From Trueperaceae bacterium (lineage in GTDB: Bacteria; Deinococcota; Deinococci; Deinococcales; Trueperaceae), in assembly GCA_965213925.1 (NCBI GenBank), contig OZ243927.1, positions 1,376,001-1,440,000 of the forward strand: a stretch of 64,000 nucleotides of DNA. Reading direction: 5' to 3'. Position numbers and translations under genes: made by a program. The notes beneath the pieces are model-generated. The model was not told the origin of the DNA and searched no databases. It saw only the letters and a program-made list of their open reading frames with translations. This document shows, piece by piece, positions 1 to 9,478 of the stretch; positions within the stretch are counted from its first letter, which is position 1, and every line of letters begins with the position of its first letter.

Positions 1-1
1 T

Positions 2-1171
2 ACAGGAGCTGGGGCCGCGTGTCTCGAGTGCGGCGTCGCGCCTCAATACGCGCAGTCAACTATCTCTCAACCGTCCGGTCGGGGCTACCGCTACGCTCAG
101 CAGGTTCGCGGCGCTCAGCGGATTTTAACGCAGACGGAGCAGCCGACGCGCTCCGAAGCCCCACCAGGAACCCACCCCCTTACCTTTACGGGCACGGCGG
201 ACGAATTTTTTCGTATCTGGATCGTCAACGTTTTTCTAACCATCGTCACGCTGGGCATCTACAACGCTTGGGCGAAGGTGCGCACGCGGCAGTATTTTTA
301 CGCGCACACACGTCTGGCTGGGCATTCGTTCGATTACTTGGCAAACCCCGTCAACATCCTTAAAGGCAACCTTATCGTAGCAGCAGGCTTGGGGCTCTAC
401 TACTTCACAGGCTCGTTTGCGCCCGAATGGAACCTCGTTGTTGTAGGGGTGTTTTATCTAGTTTTCCCCTTCTTAATCTTTCAGTCGCTTCGCTTTCGTA
501 CGCGCTACTCTTCGTACCGAAACATCCGCTTTCACTTTCACGGTACGCTCGGCGAGAGCTACCGCGTGTTCCTCGGCTTGCCCTTTTTGCTTCCCTTTAC
601 GCTCGGGCTTCTTTTTCCCTACATGATGTCTCGGCAAAAGGAATACGCCTTGGGTCGCTTCGCTTTCGGGACGACACGCAGCAAGTTTCACGGCGGTCCA
701 GGCAAGTTTTTCAAAGTCTACCTTCTCGCTGCGCTCATGGGCGCTGCTGCCTTCGCGCTCCTGACGTTTGGTGCAGGCGCGTTGACGGAGCCCTTCGGCA
801 ACTACGGCGCGTCTCTCGCCCTTATCTACCTAATCGTCGTACCTCTTTTCCTCTTGATTCAAGAGTACATCTACGTGAGCATCACCAACTACTGCTGGGA
901 AGAGACCCAGTTGGGCAACGTCTCCTTGAAAAGTACGCTAGAAGTCGGACCCTCGGCTTGGATTCGTCTGACCAATCTCCTCGCTATTGTCGTTTCTGCA
1001 GGACTCCTCATTCCTTGGGCGAAGGTGCGGCGCACGCGCTACGTCGTTTCGAATCTGGCGGTGGTGATGCGCAAAGACGACCTCGATAACTTCATCGCGG
1101 ACGAGAGCACGCACGAAAGCTCGCTCGGCGAGGTTGCCACCGACGCCTTCGACATCGAAATAGGTCTCTAG
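2..1171 (+). CDS. YjgN/DUF898-family membrane protein, 5'-truncated by the window edge
   Basis: Frame open from base 2; contains FTGTADEFFRIWIVNVFLTIVTLGIYNAWAKVRTRQYFY and second repeat GLLIPWAKVR; the ORF track start at 278 is internal. Confidence 0.9.
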   Translation, partial: TGAGAACLECGVAPQYAQSTISQPSGRGYRYAQQVRGAQRILTQTEQPTRSEAPPGTHPLTFTGTADEFFRIWIVNVFLTIVTLGIYNAWAKVRTRQYFYAHTRLAGHSFDYLANPVNILKGNLIVAAGLGLYYFTGSFAPEWNLVVVGVFYLVFPFLIFQSLRFRTRYSSYRNIRFHFHGTLGESYRVFLGLPFLLPFTLGLLFPYMMSRQKEYALGRFAFGTTRSKFHGGPGKFFKVYLLAALMGAAAFALLTFGAGALTEPFGNYGASLALIYLIVVPLFLLIQEYIYVSITNYCWEETQLGNVSLKSTLEVGPSAWIRLTNLLAIVVSAGLLIPWAKVRRTRYVVSNLAVVMRKDDLDNFIADESTHESSLGEVATDAFDIEIGL

Positions 1172-2271
1172 TGACTGAGGTCTACATGGTTGAAGAGGTC
1201 GTGGCGGAGGTTGAACAAGATGTTCCCTCCAGGGCTGTCGTAAGCGAATTTACAGGTCACTACTTCGACGGGGTGCGCTCTAAAGCGCATCCCGTCACGG
1301 TCTCGTTTGACGGAGAGTTCGTGCAAGTAAGTGGAGGGATGGGCTGGCTCGAGGTTCCTCTCGCGGCTTGTACCTTAGAGCCTCCGCTCGGCAAAGAACA
1401 GCGCAGACTCACCTTACCAGGTGGCGCGCACTGCGAAACGCGCGAGGTTGAGGCGTTCGCAGCGCTAGAGGAGGCGAGTGGCCAAAGGCGCGGGCTCCGT
1501 TTCGTACACCGTTTGGAGAGCGGGTGGCGCTTGGCGCTCGGCTGTTTAGTGGGGTTGGTCGCGAGCGTGGGTGCGTTCACGCTCTACGGCATTCCTTTCT
1601 TAGCCACGCAAGCGGCGTACGCCACGCCCGCCGAAGTCTCCGAAAGGGTGAGCCGCAAATCGTTCGACCTCCTAGACGCTGAGATTTTTGAGCCTTCGGC
1701 GCTGAGTACTGAACGCGCTGGAGGCTTACAGAGGCAGTTCAGCGCGCTCACCGCGGACTTTGCAGCCGCCTCCGCGCCCGAGGCGGCGCTATCCTACGAA
1801 CTCGTCTTTCGCTCGGGCGGCGCACTCGGCGCGAACGCCTTCGCGCTCCCTTCGGGGCTCATTATTATGACCGACGAACTCGTCGAACTTGCCGAGAATG
1901 ACCGCGAGATTCTCAGCGTGTTGGCGCATGAGGTGGCGCACGTCGAAAAGCGGCACGGGCTCAGAAGTCTCTATCAGGGGGCGGGGGTCTTCATGTTGGT
2001 GTCGATTTTGGTGGGCGACGTGGCGTCGGTAACGTCGGTTGCGGCGTCTTTGCCCGCGATTTTAGTCGAGTCGGGCTACTCGAGGGCGTTCGAGCGCGAA
2101 GCCGACGAGGTGGCGGGGCGCTACCTGGTGGCGAAGGGCTGGGGAACGGAGCCGCTGCGCGACATTTTAGCGCGACTGACAGAAGGCGTAGACGCGCCGA
2201 CCTTCCTCTCGAGTCACCCCGGAACGGAAGCGCGTTTGGACAATTTGGAGGCTCTGGAGGAGCCTAAGTAA
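1171..2271 (+). CDS. M48 family zinc metallopeptidase (usual YjgN partner)
   Basis: ANAFALPSG, HEVAH (HExxH), YSRAFEREAD, SSHP motifs; start overlaps the upstream stop. Confidence 0.9.
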   Translation: MTEVYMVEEVVAEVEQDVPSRAVVSEFTGHYFDGVRSKAHPVTVSFDGEFVQVSGGMGWLEVPLAACTLEPPLGKEQRRLTLPGGAHCETREVEAFAALEEASGQRRGLRFVHRLESGWRLALGCLVGLVASVGAFTLYGIPFLATQAAYATPAEVSERVSRKSFDLLDAEIFEPSALSTERAGGLQRQFSALTADFAAASAPEAALSYELVFRSGGALGANAFALPSGLIIMTDELVELAENDREILSVLAHEVAHVEKRHGLRSLYQGAGVFMLVSILVGDVASVTSVAASLPAILVESGYSRAFEREADEVAGRYLVAKGWGTEPLRDILARLTEGVDAPTFLSSHPGTEARLDNLEALEEPK

Positions 2272-2276
2272 CCTCG

Positions 2277-3536
2277 CTACGCGGCGTCGCTCAGCCGAAA
2301 GCGCGTTCCGCGGCTGAGTTTTGCCGTGTACCACCCGAAAAACGCCTCTACGGACGCCTCCAGTGGCGAGAGCGGTCCCGGCTCATAAAACGCCGAGCGC
2401 AACCCCGCGAAGTTGTTCTCGCACAGCTCCCAGTCCTCTTCGCTCGTCGCCTTCCAGACCTTTTCCACCGCTTCGGGGTCGTAGTCGCCCTCTACGGCGT
2501 CCTCACGTACCAAAAACGCCACGTCGACGTGAGTAACCTCAGCGTTGACAGGCGTGAGCCGCGTGGTCATCACGTAGTCGGCGTTGGCGTGCGCCCAGAA
2601 GTTCGGCAGTCCGATCAGGCGCAAGCTGCCCACGTTTACGTCGGTCAGGTCGCCCAATAGGGGTGCGGTGAGCCCGCCGTCCATGCTCTCGGTCAAGTAA
2701 CCCGCCTTGAGCGGATAGCGCGAGACGCGGAACCAGGAGCCGTCGGGGAAGGAGACCTCTTGCGGCGATAAGCCCATCCTTTCCCAGCGTTCATACGCTT
2801 CATTTAATTCCCGCTGAAACGCCGCATCTTGCCGCGCGTCGCCGGGCAAGCCTAAGTCGTAGTTCGATAGACAGAATTCGGGGTGCGTCACGGAGCAGTG
2901 GTAGCACTCGCGGTTGTTTTCGATGACTGTTTTCCAGTTTGCCTTGAGCGCGTAGTGGTGACGGCGGATGACTTTGGTTCGGTCTAAGCGGTGAGGCGCT
3001 AACTGCGGCGCAATCGCCGCGTGCGCCGCGCTAAAGTCGGGTGGCGTGTCCGCCAAACACACGAAGAGAAGCCCCGCCAAGTCCCTCACGTGGACGGAGC
3101 GGAGGCTATGCGCACTCTTTTGGAACCCCTCGCCCATGAGCCGCGCTCCGGCGAGTTCTCCGTCTAACCTATACGCCCACTGGTGATAGGGACATACGAG
3201 CGCCTTAGCGTGACCACAAGGTGCGCCGTGCGTGATGATTTTAGAGCCGCGGTGCCGACACACGTTGAGGTGCGCGTGCAGCTTGCCCGACCTGTCGCGG
3301 ACGAGGATGACGGACTCGCCTGCGAGGTCTAAGAGTAGATAGTCGCCGGGGTTAGCGACCTCACAGGCGTGTCCGGCGAAGAGCCAGCTCCTGCGGAAGA
3401 CGTGTTCCAAGTCGGCTTGAAAGACCTCCGGGTCTAAATAGAAGGCTCGAGGTAGCGAGTGATTCTCTCGGCGCGTGGCGATGAGGTCAGCTAAGGTATC
3501 CGCACGGTTCACGGCGTTATTCACAACTTTATCCAC
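2277..3536 (-). CDS. Rieske non-heme iron oxygenase alpha subunit (GbcA/choline monooxygenase-like N-demethylase)
   Basis: Rieske motif CRHRG...CPYH; mononuclear iron motif NWK..ENNRECYHC..TH; C-terminal ED..LCE. Confidence 0.85.
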   Translation of the reverse strand: MDKVVNNAVNRADTLADLIATRRENHSLPRAFYLDPEVFQADLEHVFRRSWLFAGHACEVANPGDYLLLDLAGESVILVRDRSGKLHAHLNVCRHRGSKIITHGAPCGHAKALVCPYHQWAYRLDGELAGARLMGEGFQKSAHSLRSVHVRDLAGLLFVCLADTPPDFSAAHAAIAPQLAPHRLDRTKVIRRHHYALKANWKTVIENNRECYHCSVTHPEFCLSNYDLGLPGDARQDAAFQRELNEAYERWERMGLSPQEVSFPDGSWFRVSRYPLKAGYLTESMDGGLTAPLLGDLTDVNVGSLRLIGLPNFWAHANADYVMTTRLTPVNAEVTHVDVAFLVREDAVEGDYDPEAVEKVWKATSEEDWELCENNFAGLRSAFYEPGPLSPLEASVEAFFGWYTAKLSRGTRFRLSDAA

Positions 3537-3555
3537 AGTAAAATTCCCTATTCTA

Positions 3556-4737
3556 TTAAGCGTGAAAGCTCTTTTCGAAGGTCTTATCGGTCAAAGCAGG
3601 GCGCTCTAAGCTAAAGGTCTGAATTGGATAGCGCGTGCCGCCCTCGAGCGCCAACTCGCCTAAAATCCTGCCGAGGAGCCCCGCGAACTTAAAGGCGTGC
3701 CCCGCGCCGATCGCCACGGAAATCTGCGGCGCACTCTCTAGCGTGTCGATGATGAAGTGCTGGTCGGGTGGAACGGTGTAGAGGCAGGTCTTGGTGTAGT
3801 GCTCGGGTCCTAAAAAACCGGGGAGCGTTCGGCTGAGGAAGGTACGCTGCCGCGCTCTGCGCTCGGGGTCGGGCGTAAAGGTGCGCGTCTGCGCCGTGAC
3901 CTCGTGCCCGCCCATGTGTTGCCCCAGCTTCGTGGCGACTTCGCCGTAGATAGGAAAGCCATAAAAGCTACTCTGTCCGTGCCACATGAAGACGGGGAAC
4001 TTGTCGGGCGTGAAGTCCCGCAAATTAGGCGTCGCGTAGTAGGTGACTTGCTCTTGGGTGACGGTGAGGGGAAGTTCTAAACCCGCCTCGCGCACCACCT
4101 GGTTCGTCCACGCGCCGCTCGTCACCACCACGTGGTCAGCGCTAAAACGCTGCTCGCCCGTCACGACTTCAACACTGCTCCCCACCGGACGAAGCGAGGT
4201 GACGGGCGTCTCGCTCAAGAGGTCCACGCCGTTCGCCCTCGCTAGCGCGATATGCACCGCGTTCGCCTTGCCCGCGTCCACGATGCCCGAATCCTTCTGA
4301 TAGACGGCGTGTTCGTGACCTCTTAAATGAAACTGCGGCCAGCGCTTCATCACGCTCGCCGCGTCGAAGTGTTCAAAGTCGATGCCCTGTTTTTCGAACG
4401 CTTCCATATACCCGTTTATATTGCGCGAGCCGACCTTCTCCGGGTCGCGCCCTTCGGGGTCTTCGATGACGAGCCCGCCCGTTTTGAGGACGACCTGAAG
4501 GTTGCTCTCACGCTCCGCCTCGTACCACGCCTCGTAAGCGTGCGGGGCGAGCGCGGCGTACGCCTCTTGGTGCTGCGCTAAGCGGATGATGCGCGAGTGA
4601 TCTTGCGAGCCGCCGCTGCTATGTCCCAACTTAAACTGCTCGATGCCCAAGACCGATCTGCCCGACTTCGAGAGCCAGTAGAGCGCCGCCGACCCGATGC
4701 CGCCACAGCCCACCACAATCACATCGTAATGTTTCAT
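3556..4737 (-). CDS. solA: Monomeric sarcosine oxidase / N-methyl-L-tryptophan oxidase family flavoprotein
   Basis: GCGGIG FAD-binding motif, GSQDHSRIIR, CLYT (covalent FAD Cys), GHAFKF. Confidence 0.8.
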   Translation of the reverse strand: MKHYDVIVVGCGGIGSAALYWLSKSGRSVLGIEQFKLGHSSGGSQDHSRIIRLAQHQEAYAALAPHAYEAWYEAERESNLQVVLKTGGLVIEDPEGRDPEKVGSRNINGYMEAFEKQGIDFEHFDAASVMKRWPQFHLRGHEHAVYQKDSGIVDAGKANAVHIALARANGVDLLSETPVTSLRPVGSSVEVVTGEQRFSADHVVVTSGAWTNQVVREAGLELPLTVTQEQVTYYATPNLRDFTPDKFPVFMWHGQSSFYGFPIYGEVATKLGQHMGGHEVTAQTRTFTPDPERRARQRTFLSRTLPGFLGPEHYTKTCLYTVPPDQHFIIDTLESAPQISVAIGAGHAFKFAGLLGRILGELALEGGTRYPIQTFSLERPALTDKTFEKSFHA

Positions 4738-4894
4738 AAACTTTATACGCCTCCTCGAGAAGTGTGAAGAAAGGTCGTTTGAGACGCATATTCTTCCAAA
4801 CCTTCACACATTCTAAGAGGTCTGATTAGAGAAGTCCAATAGTTTTTTAAGGCACGGATTGATACGTTTCTCGAAATAATTGTTATCTTCGTAT

Positions 4895-5809
4895 ATGGAA
4901 CTCAAACAGCTTCGCTACTTCATCGCCGTCGCCGAAGAGAAGCACTTCGGGCGGGCGGCGCAGAAACTCCACCGCAGCCAGCCACCTGTAAGTACGCAGG
5001 TGAAAGCGCTCGAGCACGAACTCGGCGTCGACCTTATCAAACGGACGACCCGGAGCGTCGAACTCACGCCTGCAGGTGAGGTCTTTTTAGAGAAGGCGAA
5101 GCGCGTGTTGGAGGTGGCGGAAGATGCCCGTGTGTCGGTGGGACGAGCGGCGCAGGGGCGGGTCGGTCACTTGACGATAGGCTTCGTGAGTTCCGCCGCT
5201 TTGAGCCTGTTGCCGCTCGCGCTCCAAAAGTTTCGCGAAGCGTACCCTGACGTGACGCTCAATCTTCGCGAACTCACCAGCGCCGAACAGCGCACCGCGC
5301 TCTCGAGGGGTGACATTGACGTGGGGCTCGTGCGCTTGCCGATGAATACAGGCGGGCTCAGTGCGCTGAACGTTCTGGAGGAGCCGCTGCTCGTCGCCTT
5401 GCCCGCCGGACATGCGCTCGCCGGAGAAGAAACCGTCACGTTAGCCGCCCTCGCTGACGTGCCGCTCATCTCCTTTCCCGAACACCTCGTACCGGGAGCG
5501 CACGCGCACCTCATGACGCTGTTTGCAGAGGAGGGTCACACGCCCAACATCGTGCAAGAGGCGGTTCATCTGCAAACCATCGTGAGCTTAGTGGCGAGTG
5601 GGCTCGGGGCGTCGGTGCTGCCCGCTTCGGCGCGGCGTTCACCGTTGGCGGGCGTTGTGTACAGGACGCTCGAGCACCACCACACCACCTGGCTAGGCTT
5701 GGTGAGCCAGCAGGCGTCCCCCTATCCCGTCGTCACGAACTTTACGCAGGTCGTTTTGAGCGTCGCAGAGGAGGCGTCGCGGCTTATAGAAGTTGAAGCG
5801 GCTCGCTGA
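4895..5809 (+). CDS. LysR family transcriptional regulator
   Basis: MELKQLRYFIAVAEEKHFGRAAQKLHRSQPPVSTQVKALE helix-turn-helix; divergent from the solA-Rieske operon. Confidence 0.95.
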   Translation: MELKQLRYFIAVAEEKHFGRAAQKLHRSQPPVSTQVKALEHELGVDLIKRTTRSVELTPAGEVFLEKAKRVLEVAEDARVSVGRAAQGRVGHLTIGFVSSAALSLLPLALQKFREAYPDVTLNLRELTSAEQRTALSRGDIDVGLVRLPMNTGGLSALNVLEEPLLVALPAGHALAGEETVTLAALADVPLISFPEHLVPGAHAHLMTLFAEEGHTPNIVQEAVHLQTIVSLVASGLGASVLPASARRSPLAGVVYRTLEHHHTTWLGLVSQQASPYPVVTNFTQVVLSVAEEASRLIEVEAAR

Positions 5810-5850
5810 AAGAATGGGGGGTATGAGCCTTAGGGTGCATAATAGAGGTC

Positions 5851-6993
5851 ATGCCTACCGATTTACAGTCGCTCCTTACCGACATCCACGCCGCGCCGCA
5901 TCTGGGGGTCCTCTCGTTTGCGGGCGCGGGGGCGCAGGCGCTCGCTTGGTTGCACAGTGTGGGCGGCTCGTCGCGGACAGTGCTCGAAGCGACCGACCAT
6001 TACGCGGCGGCGTCGCTCATCCAGGCGGTAGGCTTCGAGCCGGAGCAGTTCACCTCAGAGCGCGTGGCGGCAGCGCTGGCAGCGCGGGCGTACGCGAGGG
6101 CACGAGCCCTCGCGCCCGGCGCACCCGTATTCGGTCTGGGCTGCACCGCGAGCATCGCCACCGACAGACCCAAACGCGGCGAGCACCGCGCCTTCATTGC
6201 CGTGCGCGACACCTTCGGTACCACGTTTTACACCCCCGCGCTGACCAAGGGTGAACGCACGCGCCAAGGTGAAGAAGAGGTCGTGAGTCGGCTCATCATC
6301 CGCGCTGTTGCCGAGGTATGTGGCTTACAGAATCCCGGTAACGAAGAGGGTGCCCGGGTCTATCTCGAGCCTGAACCCGACTTGCAAGCCTTGCTTTCGG
6401 GCGAAGTGGCGTGGGTTGCCGTCCTACCGGACGGAAGCTTGCAAACCGGACAAGAAGGAGTCTCACCTCGCACCGCACTTCTCTCCGGCTCGTTCAACCC
6501 GCTCCACGAAGGACACCGAGAACTCGCCCAAACCGCCGCGCACCATCTGGGGCGCGAGGTGCACTTCGAACTCCCCCTTGTCAACGCGGACAAAGCGCCC
6601 ATCGACCTCTCCGAAGCGAGACGACGCGCCGCGCAGTTCGCCGCGTACGCGCCGCTTGTCCTAACTCGCACGCCCCTCTTTGGGCAAAAGGCGGACCTCT
6701 TTCCCGGAAGTGTGTTCATCGTCGGCGCGGATACGGCGGCGCGTCTGGTCGCGCCGCGTTTTTATGGCGGCGAAGTGGAGATGGCGAGCGCGTTAGAGCA
6801 CCTACAAACGTCGGGATGCCGCTTCCTCGTGGCGGGGCGGCGCAGCCAGGACGAAAGGGAGGCGCGCTTTCTCACCCTACAAGATATCGACATTCCAAGC
6901 ACCTATCGCGACCTCTTCGAAGCGTTGCCTAAAGAGGTTTTTCGGCGGGACATCTCCTCGAGCGCTCTCCGCGAAGACGGAAACGCGACGTAA
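5851..6993 (+). CDS. CinA-C-like domain fused to HxGH nucleotidyltransferase (NMN adenylyltransferase-like)
   Basis: N-terminal GGSSRTVLEA..Y and GLGCTASIATDRPKRGEHR; C-terminal GSFNPLHEGH, VGADT, DISSS. Confidence 0.7.
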   Translation: MPTDLQSLLTDIHAAPHLGVLSFAGAGAQALAWLHSVGGSSRTVLEATDHYAAASLIQAVGFEPEQFTSERVAAALAARAYARARALAPGAPVFGLGCTASIATDRPKRGEHRAFIAVRDTFGTTFYTPALTKGERTRQGEEEVVSRLIIRAVAEVCGLQNPGNEEGARVYLEPEPDLQALLSGEVAWVAVLPDGSLQTGQEGVSPRTALLSGSFNPLHEGHRELAQTAAHHLGREVHFELPLVNADKAPIDLSEARRRAAQFAAYAPLVLTRTPLFGQKADLFPGSVFIVGADTAARLVAPRFYGGEVEMASALEHLQTSGCRFLVAGRRSQDEREARFLTLQDIDIPSTYRDLFEALPKEVFRRDISSSALREDGNAT

Positions 6994-7073
6994 ACCACGG
7001 GCAGTGTATGGTGAAATGCTCCTGAAGCAGGGCGCTCAAATCAGTTCATGAAGGTGTAACGACAACACCACAC

Positions 7074-7096
7074 TACCTTAAAAAATAAGGTATACT
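7074..7096 (+). promoter_or_regulatory. recA -10 box TATACT overlapped by a perfect 7-5-7 palindrome
   Basis: TACCTTA-AAAAA-TAAGGTA at 7074-7092; TATACT at 7091-7096, 28 nt before the recA ATG. Confidence 0.55.
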
Positions 7097-7124
7097 TCGT
7101 TATCTAAGTGGAAACGAGGCAATT

Positions 7125-8177
7125 ATGACCCTAACCCCTGAAAGAGAACGCGCACTCAGCACCACCCTATCCCAGATCGAGAAACAGTTCGGCAAGGGCG
7201 CGGTCATGCGCTTGGGCGACGAGGGGAGCTTGACTTCCCAGGGCGTCATCTCGACGGGCTCAATGTCGGTAGACCTAGCCCTAGGCGTAGGGGGCGTGCC
7301 TAGAGGCAGGATCATCGAAGTGTACGGACCCGAGTCGGGCGGTAAAACGACGCTGTCACTACACATCGTTGCCGAAGCGCAAAAGCAAGGCGGCGTGGCT
7401 GCTTTCGTCGACGCCGAACACGCCTTGGACCCTTCTTACGCCAAAGCCCTAGGCGTCGATACCGACGAACTCTTAGTCTCGCAACCCGATACCGGCGAAC
7501 AAGCTTTAGAGATTACCGAACTCCTGGTGCGGAGCGGCGCGGTGGACGTGATCGTGGTGGACTCGGTGGCTGCTCTGGTTCCCAGAGCCGAGATCGAAGG
7601 GGAGATGGGCGACTCGCACGTGGGACTGCAAGCGAGACTGATGAGCCAAGCGTTGCGCAAACTCACGGGCGTCCTCTCGAAAAGCCACACCACAGCGATT
7701 TTCATCAACCAGATCAGGGAGAAGATAGGCGTCTTGTACGGCAACCCGGAGACCACCCCTGGGGGACGCGCCTTGAAGTTCTACTCCTCGGTCCGGATGG
7801 AAGTGCGGCGTAAAGGGGACGTCAAGAGTGGCGTGGATAAAGTCGGCAACCGCACGAGGGTCAAAGTCACCAAGAACAAGGTCGCGCCACCCTTTAAGGA
7901 GGCGGAGGTGGAGATCATGTTCGGGCGGGGCATCGACAAGCTAGGCGACCTGATCAACATCGCCTCGGACCTAGACGTGGTGCAGAAGTCGGGCTCGTTC
8001 TATAAGTACGAGGGCGCGACCATCGGGCAGGGCAAGGAGAAAGCGTCGACCTACCTAGAGGAGCATCCCGAGCTGATCGAGGAGATTAGGGGCAAAGTGA
8101 CTGCTGCGATTCAGGGTGTGCCCTATGAGCCTAAGCTTGATGAGGGTGAAGAAGGGTTATTCTCGAGCGCCAATTAG
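7125..8177 (+). CDS. recA: Recombinase RecA
   Basis: [17 protein letters not shown] Walker [24 protein letters not shown]. Confidence 0.99.
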   Translation: MTLTPERERALSTTLSQIEKQFGKGAVMRLGDEGSLTSQGVISTGSMSVDLALGVGGVPRGRIIEVYGPESGGKTTLSLHIVAEAQKQGGVAAFVDAEHALDPSYAKALGVDTDELLVSQPDTGEQALEITELLVRSGAVDVIVVDSVAALVPRAEIEGEMGDSHVGLQARLMSQALRKLTGVLSKSHTTAIFINQIREKIGVLYGNPETTPGGRALKFYSSVRMEVRRKGDVKSGVDKVGNRTRVKVTKNKVAPPFKEAEVEIMFGRGIDKLGDLINIASDLDVVQKSGSFYKYEGATIGQGKEKASTYLEEHPELIEEIRGKVTAAIQGVPYEPKLDEGEEGLFSSAN

Positions 8178-8268
8178 ATGTGAAAAAATAAATAACCTCA
8201 AGCAAGAAGTTATAGTGCCTTATCCAGAACGTCCGAAAACCCCAGCTCATGAGCTAGAGGAGCAACGT

Positions 8269-8634
8269 GTGGATATTCGAGCAATTTTTGCCGTTATATG
8301 CGTGTCCGACATGGCGCGAAGCGTTGATTGGTATACAGATTTGATTGGACGCGGTCCAGACGACCATCCTATGAATGGGCTCGTTCAGTGGCGCGATAAC
8401 TATAGCGCAGGAATTCAACTGGTTTTAAATACTGAGAAGTCAGGAACCAGCCTTATAACGATTATGACACCGAAGATGAATCTTGCTCGAAAGCAGCTAG
8501 TCGCCACGAAACTTCAACTCGAACCGGATATTCAGGGTGACTTCGGAATTATCGCCCAAATTAGCGATCCTGATGGCAACCGGATTACACTCGCCGAGCC
8601 ACCGGAAGGAATGTGGTTAGACAAGAGATTTTAG
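8269..8634 (+). CDS. VOC/glyoxalase family protein (low GC, probably acquired)
   Basis: SDMARSVDWY...SDPDGNRI; GAGGAG SD before GTG at 8269; AT-rich codon usage. Confidence 0.8.
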   Translation: MDIRAIFAVICVSDMARSVDWYTDLIGRGPDDHPMNGLVQWRDNYSAGIQLVLNTEKSGTSLITIMTPKMNLARKQLVATKLQLEPDIQGDFGIIAQISDPDGNRITLAEPPEGMWLDKRF

Positions 8635-8694
8635 TAAACCGAGTTGCCTATAACGACGGCTGCTCAGCGGTATAACGAGTGACATACATCTAAG

Positions 8695-8725
8695 AAAGCG
8701 AGCTACCTATTTGTAGCTCGCTTTT
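8695..8725. terminator. Bidirectional intrinsic terminator between the VOC gene and rplT
   Basis: AAAGCGAGCTAC-N6-GTAGCTCGCTTTT between convergent genes. Confidence 0.8.
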
Positions 8726-8743
8726 CAATGTTGGTTGAATTTC

Positions 8744-9100
8744 CTACGCGCTGGCGCTCTTCGACTTCTCCACGAGCTGCTTAAACGCTTCAGGCTGCTG
8801 CACGGCTAAGTCCGCGAGCATTTTACGGTTAATTTCCACGCCTGACTTGCGCAGACCGCTCATAAAGACGGAGTAGCTGAGCCCCTCCTGGCGAGCGGCG
8901 GCGTTGATGCGCGAAATCCAGAGGCGGCGAAAGTCGTTCTTCTTGTCGCGGCGGTCTCTGTATTCGTAGTCAGCGGCGTTAAGAAGGGTCTGCTGCGCGA
9001 TGCGGAAGCTGCGCGAGCGCAGTCCCCAGAAACCTTTGGCGCGTTTTAGGACCTTCTTGTGCTTGTTGCGGCGGACGGTGCTGGTTTTAGCTCTTGGCAT
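8744..9100 (-). CDS. rplT: 50S ribosomal protein L20
   Basis: MPRAK...LKRAKGFWG...[13 protein letters not shown]...NRKMLADLA. Confidence 0.99.
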   Translation of the reverse strand: MPRAKTSTVRRNKHKKVLKRAKGFWGLRSRSFRIAQQTLLNAADYEYRDRRDKKNDFRRLWISRINAAARQEGLSYSVFMSGLRKSGVEINRKMLADLAVQQPEAFKQLVEKSKSASA

Positions 9101-9111
9101 CGTCTAATTCC

Positions 9112-9309
9112 TTAATCGTAAGGGAGGAGCTTTTTGATGCGCTCCGCCTCGGGCTTGGCGATAATAAGGTCGGTGCGTCCTTGTCGGATACGCTTGCCAC
9201 TCTTTTTGTAGTTGAGGTGGCGCTTGCCGCTTTTCATAGCCGTGACCTTACCTCGCCCAGTGACTTTGACACGGGCTTTGGTGCCCTTATGGGTCTTTAA
9301 TTTCGGCAT
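9112..9309 (-). CDS. rpmI: 50S ribosomal protein L35
   Basis: MPKLKTHKGTKARVKVTGRGK...KRH; lies between infC and rplT. Confidence 0.98.
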   Translation of the reverse strand: MPKLKTHKGTKARVKVTGRGKVTAMKSGKRHLNYKKSGKRIRQGRTDLIIAKPEAERIKKLLPYD

Positions 9310-9478
9310 TTTACTCTCCTTGTCCTAGCTAGCTTACACGCCAAGCAGGACTTCTCTTGTGCTACATAACTGTTGAGGTTGGATTGGGCAGAGTATTCGC
9401 AAGGATCAGCGAACCGTTACTTGAGGCTCGAGCCTCAGTAAACCTCGCCACCTGACCAAATAAAACCTGCTGCGCAGA

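Noticed and set aside
19..1089. Overlapping ORFs 19..363 and 427..1089, and the many short antisense or alternate-frame ORFs across the window
   Set aside because: Shadow frames of well-supported genes in GC-rich DNA; Arg/Ser/Pro-rich with no motifs
3496..3555. Replication origin
   Set aside because: Only two good DnaA boxes, no dnaA/dnaN context and no long AT-rich unwinding element
7000..7124. RDRM (DdrO) or classical LexA box at recA
   Set aside because: No acceptable match found by eye; a different palindrome is present
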